Of a DNA stretch of 64,000 bases, positions 1 to 9,911 are shown in pieces. This DNA is from Moniliella sp. 'wahieum' (taxonomy: Eukaryota): the NCBI GenBank assembly GCA_003971905.1, contig RSEE01000090.1:1-64000 (forward strand), written 5' to 3'. How positions within the stretch are numbered: the stretch's first letter is position 1; each line of letters starts with the position of its first letter. The position numbers were made by a program, and so were the translations under genes. The notes under the pieces are model-generated. The model did no database searches. It saw only the letters and a list, made by a program, of their open reading frames with translations, and had not been told where the DNA came from.

Positions 1-2152
1 GGGGCGGATTGTGCTGACCGCGTGACCGCGACGTGCGCCCGGTGCCGGTGCCCGGGCGGCGCGGGGAGAGCCCACGTATCCGATCCATAATGTTATGCTG
101 CTGGTTCAGGCTGAACGCTGAACCTGAACGCTGAACCGTTGAACCGCAGCCTAAGGGCCGAGCCGCTGAATATGCATATTGAGGTCATTGAGGGAAGAAA
201 TCTAGCAGAAAAGTGGCCAGTGGATGTGCTAGCCTCTGCGCTCGCTAGTCACTAGTCACTAGTCACTTGAACGTGAGACCTTGGGATCTTGAGATCGATC
301 AAGCTTGTCGCGGGTCGCTTGTCGCCGTCCCTCCCAGCTTGAAGCTTGAAGCTATTCCGCTGTTCTTAGTACTAGGTGTCGGAAACGCTGATGCGCTTTC
401 GCTTTAGGGGCGGGAAGGTGGAACACCGACGAAAGTCTCCGTCACCGTCAACCGTCATCGTCATCGTCATCAATCGCACGCAGTCTGTCCTCTGTCATAC
501 TGCACAACGCTCTTTCTCGCTGTGGTCGTGTAGCCGTTCTATCTGTCGTCGGCTCCACGGTTCCTATGGGACGGACCAAGCTGCATGGGTATGCGCGGGG
601 CATGCCCATGGACATGTGCTTGCGTGCTAACCCGAACGTTGACTGAGTACTAGGACTGAGGTATGAGGTATTACTAGTATCTAGTTATACTGAGCGCTAA
701 AGCCCAAGGCGCTGAGGAAGAGCATCCTATATCGTGCGGACCGAGTCGTACATACGTATTCGCCGCTGGCCTCAATTAAGTTCCAACGTAAGGTTCAACG
801 GACCGGTACGCGTACCGCGTACCGCGTACCGTTCAACGCCGGAACGTCTAAACCGTGAAGCGAACTCGGGAGCCGCAACGCTGAAGCGCGGAGCTGGTAT
901 AGCATTGGTGTCCGCTCAAACGTTGCACATATGGAGCGCTGGGGTATCGAGAGTATCGAGTATCGAGGACCGAAGATCGGAAGCGTCAGCGGCATCGGAT
1001 GCGGGTGGGTGCAGCCGGCAGCAGGGGCCGAAGCGTGCTATCGTAGTACCAGCGCGAGTGAGCGACACGGGGGGACACAGCGAGAAAGGGGGAGAGGAGC
1101 GGTGAGGGGTGAGGGGTGCGGCCTAAGCCTGAGGCGTGAGCAGAGGAAAAGCAGAGCAGCTGGTGCGGGTGGGATAGGGGGCTGAGCTGGGCTAAGTACT
1201 AAGTGCTGGGCTCAAGTCTGGGCTGGGGAGCGCGGCGCCCGGAGCAGATTCGGCCGAGATGGGATCGGGGCGGCGGGGGGCAGGCAGTGGCAGTGGCAGT
1301 GGCCCAGCACCAGCACCAGCACCAGCGCCCGAGGCGGACCAGGCAGGGCGCGATGGGTTGGGAAGGTTTGGGACAATGAATGAGCCACTGGCCCTGGCGA
1401 GCGCCGAGCCCCAGCCCGGCATCCCCAACACACCCGGAGCGCCTAGGCGTCACGCGTCACGCGTCACGAGTCACGCGTGCTCAGCCCTTGGCCTGAGCCC
1501 ACACCGGCGCAGCAGGCGCTCCCAACCCTAGTGCCTCCTGCTGCGCTGGGAAGCAAGGAGGGGGCGGCGGCGCCGCGCTGACATGGACAAGGCAGGCGCA
1601 CGCCGTGGCAGAGCAGGGGAGGCACTCGGCAGGCAGCGAGGGGATCGGGTATCCAGCACCCAGCAGCTAGTATCCCATGGTCGATGGTCCAGGATCCAGG
1701 ATCCAGTACCCACGTCCCCACGGCCCACTGTCCAGACCCACTCCCGCCCACGGCCCAGAGCAGGACAGTGGCCGGACGCTGCGGCCCTTAATTCGGCGGC
1801 CGAGCAGCCCGCCGCGCCGAACCAGACACTGGCGCCGTGCACGCGTGCTGGGCGGCCGTTCCTGAAGCGCAGGGGCAGTCACTGGTCACCGCTGGGGGCG
1901 GGCGCCCGGGGGCGGTGTTGTGCACGGGCACGGCAGCGCACTGCTCCGTCAGCGGCGCCACGCCCCCTCCGCCACTTGGAAGGCCGACGCGTGACGCGTG
2001 AGCCTTCCGTGACGCTTGACGCTTGACGCCCCGCGCCCCCTTCGCTTCTCCCGCCGCCGCCGCCCTTGTTTCGCCCGAGCGCTGTGCCTGCTGCTCCCTC
2101 CGCCTCCTGCCGCCACACCACCTCCACCTCCGCCCTCGGAGCGCCTGCCGCC

Positions 2153-4602
2153 ATGAACACCCAGGCCCCCTTCCTGCCGCTCCAGCTGCCCGTCCCCACC
2201 CTCGAGCAGAGCGCCCATGGCTTCCCTGCCGCTCCTGCCAGCGGCCCACCGGCCCCGCCCCCACCTTCTCCGCCCCCCTTCCTCCCTGTCCCCGGCCTCG
2301 CTCCGCCGCCGCCCGGCACCGCCTCCGCCCCGCCTCCCTCCCCTTCCCTCCGCACCCCTTCTTTGCCGCGCCCCACCAGGCCCCTCCGTCCCAGATGCGC
2401 ACCAACCCCGGCCTCCTCCACCCGGCCCCCAGCATGGCCGCTACCGCCACCACCAATGCCTCTCTCGCCTACCTCAACGACCAGCTCGCCCGCTTCGCCG
2501 CCACCGGTGGCATGCCTTTGCTTCCCGCCCATGGTCTCCACCAGTGCCACGCCCTTGCTCCCTCTGCTCCCGCTTCGGGCGCCAGCAGCCCCGGAGGAGC
2601 AGCGCACGAGGCCTCGTCCGCACCGGCTACTCCACCCCGGCCTTGGCCTTGGATCGTTTGACCCCGCCGCTGCTTTTTCCCAACTCGGCGCCGCCGGCTT
2701 GCCTGCCGGCTTGCCTCCCGCTGGTCTGCCTCCTGCTGGCCTTACCGGCGCTGCCGGCCTCCGCACCCTTCCCATGGCCACGGACCCCGCTCCTCCCCCT
2801 TTTACGTCAATGGCAAGCGCTTGGTTTGGTCCGACATGATCTGCGCTACCATTGCCGAGTCCCCGCAGCGCCGGTTGGTGATCCAGGATCTGTTCCATGC
2901 ATGTGCCAAAAATTCCCCGAGATTCACGAATGGCCAATGGCAAGGATTGGGAGGTGAGTTTTCCCTTTTCCTTTCCCTTTTCCTTTTCCTTTCCCTTTTC
3001 CTTTTCCTTTTTGTTTCTTTTTGTTTTTTGTTGTTTTTCTCCCACTTTGGCTTGGAAAAAGGTAGCTAACCGGATCGGACTGAACGCATAGGCCCGCGTT
3101 AAGAATCGGATCAAGTCGACCTTGTCAATCAAGAGCAACTTTTTATCAAGGTGCCTCGGCCTGCCTCGGCCGCTGGCAAAGGATCCTGGTGGACGCTGAG
3201 CGAGGAAGCTCAAGACATGTACCGTTCTGGTCGTCTGTCAACGAGCACAAGCAACAGGGTGTGCTTCAATCGGCTACGCACCACGTAGGACATGCTCACC
3301 ACCACCACGGTGCCCACGCACACCATTCCACTCACTCCTCCCGTTCCTCCAGCTCGGTAGGACAGCGCGCTAAGGACCGCACCCCACATGCCCATCCTGC
3401 CTCGGGCCATCAAGTCGGTGGCACATCCACCCTGTCCCGTCCTACCTCTCGCCCGGCCAGTCGGCCTAGTCGGACTGGTTCCCCCTCCCTCTCTCGTCGC
3501 TCCCCCGTCCCTTGGTCCCATGAGTATGACCGCGCTTCGACCCGAGGAGGCTCCCCCGTACAGGCTCACCAACAATACCCGCCCCCTGCACCACAGCCCA
3601 ATGCCACTGCCAATGGGAATCCTAATGGGAATCCTAATGGGAATCCTAATGGAACGGGAATGGATACCCTCTACCCTTACCGCCCGGGATGTTTTTTGAC
3701 TTGAGCGGGCTCAACCCTCTTGCTCTGGCCCAAGTTCATGCCGATGGTGCCTCGTCTCCGTTCCCCCACCTGCCCCACCTGCCCCACTTACCAGGAAGCG
3801 GGACGATGACGCCATCGCAAGGCTTAAAGGTGGACAGTCTGTCGCTGTCGCTTACCCCTCGTCCGCCTTCGGACCAAGAAGTGGCACAGTGGCGCGCACT
3901 CTTCGATGCTGCCGGACCGTTCCCAGGATCGGTCCCAACTTCCGGATCGGTTTCGGTTGCCGGATCAGTTTCGGCGTCGGGATCGGGATCAGGCTCGGCT
4001 TCTGCATCGGCTACAGCTTCCGCTTCCCCAGTCACTAGCTCACCACAACAACCCGGCGCACAGGCTCCTAAACCGGACGATAGCCCCCTTTCTTCCGGTC
4101 CGTCCGTTGATTCCACCAGCTCGGCCGCATCTCACTCCCAATCCCACATCTAACTCCCAATCCCAATCCAACTCCCAATCCCAATCCAACTCCCAATCCC
4201 AATCCAACTCCCAATCCCAATCCAACTCCCAATTCCAGTCCCTCCCGGTCCCAGTCCCAGTCCCAGTCCCAGTCCCAACCCTCGGTCACGGCCGAGGACA
4301 CAGAGACGGACGCGCTCCTGCGCTCCTTGGTCGGCGGGTCAATGTTTGATTCCAAAGTGCCTTCTGCCTCTGCACCTGCACCTGCATCTGCACCTTCACC
4401 AACCTCTGGACCGGCCTCTGGACCTGCACCGACGTCGGGACCGACGTCAGGACCGGCACCCACGTCCACATCTACCCCTACCTCCTCCCACCCGACCCCG
4501 GCGGACCCACAGCCTTTTTCACTAGACCTCGCGTTCCTTGGCGCAGCGCACGACGGCCAAGCCAAGCCCGTGCCCGTACCTGTGGCTACGACGTCGACCT
4601 AA
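2153..4602 (+). CDS. Forkhead (winged-helix) transcription factor; intron 2954-3091; several apparent frameshift errors
   Basis: Joining frames gives PPPFYVNGKRLVWSDMICATIAESPQRRLVIQDLF...IHEWANGKDWE|ARVKNRIKSTLSIKSNFFIKVPRPASAAGKGSWWTL. This fits the forkhead pattern (I..AI..SP..RL, N.IR..LS...F.KV.R, GKG.WW). Intron GTGAGT(2954)...GCTAAC...TAG(3091). Flanks are Pro/Ser-rich; start and stop are inferred. Confidence 0.85.
4152..4278 (+). repeat. 18-bp coding tandem repeat (NSQSQS) followed by a CCCAGT hexamer repeat
   Basis: AACTCCCAATCCCAATCC repeated about 4 times, then (CCCAGT)n. Confidence 0.85.
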
Positions 4603-7600
4603 CTAGCACTAGCTACCTACCTAGCTACCGACCTAGCTTCTTGCTTCTTACTTGTTACTTGTTACTTGTTACTTCTAGCTACCAGCTTCTCGCTTCAAGC
4701 TTGCGAGATCGCCTCGATCACCTCTCTGGATCACCTCTCTGGATCACCTCTCTGGATCACGATACTTCCGGGGGGACTTTTTTCCTCCCCCTTTCCCCCC
4801 CTCGTCTCTCGTCCTTCCTCTCCCCTCTCTCCTCTCTCGTCTCTGGTCTCTCGTGCCTCGTGCCTCGTCTCTTTCATACATCACTTTCCACCCCGTGGGC
4901 CTCGCCTGTCTCCCTCCGGTCGGATCGTAATGGCTCTGGTATGGTGCTGGTATGGTGCTAGGATGGTGATGCTAAGGTGATGCTGTGCTGCTGGTATGGG
5001 ACTGTTGGGTGCGGGGTGCTGGGTACTGGGTACTGGGGTACTGGGAACTGGGTTCGCTTGGCAGAAGGCCGGCGGCGGCATACGACGGTGCCGACGAGCA
5101 GACTTGCGGGGGGGGCTGGTATGCGTACGAAGTCCTACGTCCTAAGGATGGAGCCAAGCGGCGTGCAGCTTGATGTGGCAACCAGCGTGGCATGTGGCAG
5201 CCCGTCGTCCACAGGGCCGTACGATGCAAGCACTACGACTTACTACTTACTACTACTACTACTACTAAAGCAAAAACCTGGGTGGGTGGCAGTGGGTTGC
5301 CGTGGGTTGCCGTGTCTTGCACTAGGCTGTAGGATGGTAGTAGCACACGTATTGTGGCAGGCGAGCAAGGCAGAACCAGAGTTAGGTCTGGGAATGGTGC
5401 ACATCCAATCTACCAGAGCCCACCCAGAGGCACAAACAAATAGGGGGCGGAACACAGGCGGAACGCGGCTGCTGCGCACAAGGTTTCCAGTATGCCCGAT
5501 AGCGCTGACCGGTGACGCGTGACGTGTGACGCGCCGACTGAGGTATCACATGTGCGGGTCCGATCATATAGGGATGGGTTCCTATGGGGGGTTTTGCTAC
5601 GAACCGGTTTCCTATAGGTTGCTACGATATAGTTTCCTATGGGTTCCGGCTATACGGTTTCCTAAGGGGCCTCAAGCCTCAGGACCGTCGTTGAAGGTTG
5701 AAAGTTCAGTTGAACTGCAACGGTGAGGAGACAGAACGCAAGCACCAAGCGCTATAGCCAGCTGCCCAGCTGCCAGCTGCACCTCGATGAGGCCTCCTCA
5801 GGCCTCAGGCTGGAATATACGTTCACCATGGTTCTGTGATCGCAACAAAAGCCGATCCAGAGATCAACACACTCCGACCAAGCACAGTCATTAACCATTC
5901 ATCGACGCCGAGTGTTGTACATTCACGTGCATGGGCATGAACATGATCCATTCACTCGCACCATTTCACCTCGGGCCTGGGCCTCAGGAATCAACCATCA
6001 ACGTTCAACGTTCAACGCCTCAAGCCGTGGCGCGCCGTGTGGATCTCTCGGGTACTACGCTCTCGCCCCAGCAGGCCACATGCGTCTTGCCTCTTCAAGC
6101 TTCAAGCTTCAGTGGTGCCTGTGACCTCTGTGACCATATTCTCACGCGGCAGCTTGAAGCTTGAAGCTTGAATCTAAGCACAGCCGCGGGGTTAAGTGAC
6201 GCGCGTGACGGATGTATTGGGCTGCATGGATAAAGGATGCATGATGCAGGATGGTCGATCACATGTCTAGGGGCTAGTTGTTGGGTCCATGGGACCGCAA
6301 TGGGGGCTATAGATGCCACTCTGCTGCAGCTGTGTGGGTGGGAAGAGTATACGGAGAAGGGCAATGTGCCGGCGGTTTGGGAGCCGGGCGGTGCTTCCAG
6401 GTACTTTTAGTAGTTTTGTTGATGCCGGCGGAGTATGTGAGGTCAGAGGTGTGTTCAAGATACTTGTTACGACCCGTCAGCTCAAGCGAGAGATGAAGTC
6501 TCGTTCACGTCGTTCCAGAGGGATAAACGTCCTGTGGGCACATGTTCCTTTCAATGCACAAAATACTGATGATCTCATTCGTCTTCTGTGGGGTGTCGTT
6601 CAAGGTAAAAGAGGCTCCATCTCCATAGTTCATTATGTATCTATCCAACGGAGTGCTGGGCCGAGTTTACCTGGTACACTATCAAAGGGTAGTTACCCCA
6701 CCGCTGTGTTTCGATCTTCTTGTTGTTGTTGTTGTCACAGACCGGTTCATTCACAGTTGCACTTGCGGCCAAAACTCATCTGTAAAACAACACTTGGCTC
6801 ATTATCATTGGGGTGCATTGCCCACTCTTATAAGGTAACGCAAAAGGCAATACCCCGCGTTTCGTTGCGTCCCTTTCATCTCACAGTGCGGATATACTTA
6901 TTTACTGGTCTCGTCGCGCGAAAAGTAATATACGGCCAATGCTTTTTTCTGTGAATTTGGTCGCCCTCTACCGGTCGAGCAAGACGAGGTGGGGGGGGCA
7001 CAGTTGGATACTCAAACGAGAGACCATGTCGCTCATAACAATTTATCGACACGTTAATCACACGTGCTTGAATCCTTTTTGTGCATTCCCCCGCTTTTCG
7101 CCGAGAGCTTTACCCGCATTATATTCACGCCTTGTCTTAATTCATCAAGGCGCGGTGCACCGAAGTGGATCGCGTAATATAGGATCCCTGTTAGATGCCT
7201 GTTCCCAATGGAAGGGCACTCGAACATCAGACTCCTCAGACCCTCAAGCCTCAGGGTGCTAGGCTTGCAGAAGATCTCTCAGGCATCTCAGATCTCACAG
7301 AGGCCTCAGAACCTTAACGCTGTTATCCCGTACTTCAGAGAAGCTCCTTCTAGAGCTTTAAGCTTGGTGAATGATTCAAGGTATGTGCTCACAACCGTGC
7401 TCATAACGTATACCAACTAGGTTCAACCCAATCGTGGGTCCCTTCCTGATGTTGCTCTGGGATATGATCTTGCATGGGCTGGGGGAAGGCGCCAAGGGCT
7501 GGCAAGGTAACCAGTAATTGTAAAGGCAAGGCAACAGAGGACAAGGCCTGGGTGCTAGTTAGTTACTAGGTTACTACGTGCGGCAGTGGTTACTGCTTCC

Positions 7601-8454
7601 TGGTTATAGACTTTTAGACGTTACGCGTTAGGCCTTACATGCTTACACCAGAGGGTACAGCACTGTGACACGTCGTGACGTGCAATGTGACGCGTGACGT
7701 CCAGGTGCTCGGGGGGGCGGCACGGGCGGCAGCGGCAGCGGCAGTGGTGGCAGCCGAAGTGTGAGTGGAGAGCTTGAAGAGAAGAGCAGTGACTAGTGAG
7801 CTAGTGAGCTAGTGAGTACGAGTAGCGGCTACTCAGTTGAAGAGTACTCAAAATCTCTGCCATTTTGCGCCGCCACACTGCCGCCACACTGCCGCCACCC
7901 TTTTCCCACCGATGGACCCGTGCGGACGGGGGCCTGGACATCAGCGATGGTCGATGGCCATGAACGTTGAACTCTTTTCATCGGATCATCCATTCGGCCC
8001 GCCGGACGTATCCACGGCAGCAGACGTCTGATGGTTGCGGCCGCCAGCCACACGCGTGGCCACCTACCCTGTCCTATGCCTGCCCTAGATCCCCTAGATC
8101 CCACCGGCTTGCCATCGCTGTCACCCAGCCTCGCGCGCTTTGCGCTGTCGGACAATAGATCCGCGGTGGTACCTACTGTTTGTACTTATGCTTCGTCTGC
8201 TCCCGTACCCTGCGTCGGCAGGGGTCAGTGATCTGGTGATCTTCGAACGCATGTGCTGCCTGATCGGACGGTCACCGGTCACCGGTGTCACGTGTGCACG
8301 TCACCTGTCACAGACCCCGTGTCACCTGTCACCTGTCACCGGTCACCATGCCAACGCATCTTGCACTCATTCTTTCATCCATCCATCCCTCCATCCACCC
8401 ATCCATCATTCCAGTGGGCCATCCGTCCATCCATCCATATATCGGGGACACATC

Positions 8455-8614
8455 TGTTGACATCCGTCCTAGGACCGCGCGGACCCTGAGTCACGTGAGT
8501 CAGCTTTCATTCCTTCCGAGCTCGCACCAGTCTTCTGGACGAGTCAGTCGCAGAAGCTTCTTAGTCAAATACGACGTTCAGTGCTCACATTCTTTGGTAG
8601 TAGCGAGGCCGACA
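8455..8614 (+). repeat. 5' LTR (160 bp)
   Basis: TGTTGACATCC...GAGGCCGACA. Differs from the 3' LTR by 2 substitutions and 1 indel on visual alignment. Confidence 0.97.
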
Positions 8615-8627
8615 GAGTTACATCCTT
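8615..8627 (+). other. Putative primer-binding site, non-canonical (GAGTTACATCCTT)
   Basis: Directly follows the 5' LTR CA end. It lacks the TGG start of tRNA-3'-end sites; see findings. Confidence 0.45.
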
Positions 8628-8667
8628 ATCTGCTCATCCCTGAGCTGGCCAAACTACACCCACAACC

Positions 8668-9911
8668 ATGGGCGCCAACGCTAACACCGATCTCTCGGTC
8701 AGCGACACCACAATGGTGAACAAGCGCGATTACTGGACACCAACCGGTCGCGATCCGCCACCGATTGGCACCGACAACGAGGAACTCATGATGCTTTGCG
8801 CCGAAGCGCACCTGTGGTTCAAGAAGACGAACGACATCGATGTCGTTAAAGAGAAGATCAACAGAACTATACACGACAGAGCCGAGTGGCTTGGATGGAA
8901 GGACGAACCTACGTCTATCACGACAAACTGGGTTCGACGGGCTACGAATTTTGTGGTGCAAAACATCCACCAAATGGAAACTCAACCCAACGCAACTTTG
9001 GGGGCACCTACAGGCGCAGCCTCGCGACCCGAGTACGACCTTTACAGATCACTACGCGAGTCTCCCACCAAGAATATCAAGTGGCCTGATCTGAACAAAG
9101 ACCCGTCCGCCTACAGCGCTTGGGAAGACGAATTTCTCTTCGCGATAACAGATGCCCACCCCCACGCAAGCGACGTCGTCCAGAATGGTCGCAGCTCCCG
9201 CTACTTCACCGAGGACCTCGACAGACGCTTGCACAACCTTCTTAGGGAAGCCATGCCGTCAACCCTCTTCCGGACGATCCGCACCCACACGAAATATGCA
9301 CCCAGGACACGCTGAACATGCTGCGTCAGCGGTATGGATATACGCCTACCGCAAACAGAGGGCCTCTACTCATTCGCTACTTTTCGGCCGACCAAGGAAA
9401 CCGATCGGGTCGAGACTACCTCGACTACATGGAAGAGATCAGTGCAAGCCTGACGCGAGCGGGCATCCCACTTACGGAAGAGCAGGAACGCACTGGGATC
9501 CTACTCGGCTTACGCGACATGAGCATTCGCCAGCGTGAAGAGCGCTCGAGTCTAGACAAGTTACGGCAGGCCGTGATGACATACCAGCCGCCACGTATCC
9601 CGGTGGAGAAAGGAAGAGAAACGGAGGCAAGCCGGTCAACGGAGGAACGCCTTGGACTCGACCCGACAGCGGGGGACGACCCACCAGCGGGGGAAAAAAA
9701 CTCCAGCGGGGGCAAAGCCGGCGACGACAACCTCGCGGACACAAAGACCAAGGGGCAAGACCGCACCAACCAACCCTGGCGCAGCGCGACGTCTAATAAA
9801 CCTGTTGTCCCTCCGCGCAACCCAGGCCGAGCCAACGCTCACGTCGCTCAGAGAGCGAGCTCTCCCGAGTCTGAAGTGATTGACGTTGATGCGGGCACAG
9901 CTGACTACTAG
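8668..9911 (+). CDS. gag: Copia Gag; one apparent frameshift near 9295; ends at in-frame TAG
   Basis: ORFs 8668-9315 and 9318-9911 join with one extra A in GAAATATG. Y.AW...F and L..L..RYG segments resemble Copia Gag. No CCHC knuckle seen. Confidence 0.8.

Noticed and set aside
1879..3213. 444-aa minus-strand ORF and many similar long antisense or alternative-frame ORFs
   Set aside because: These are shadows of GC-rich coding sequence or microsatellites, with no recognisable domains.
8595..8610. TGGTAGTAGCGAGG as a conventional tRNA-3'-end PBS
   Set aside because: The same sequence is present in the 3' LTR upstream of the terminal CA and TSD, so it is part of U5.
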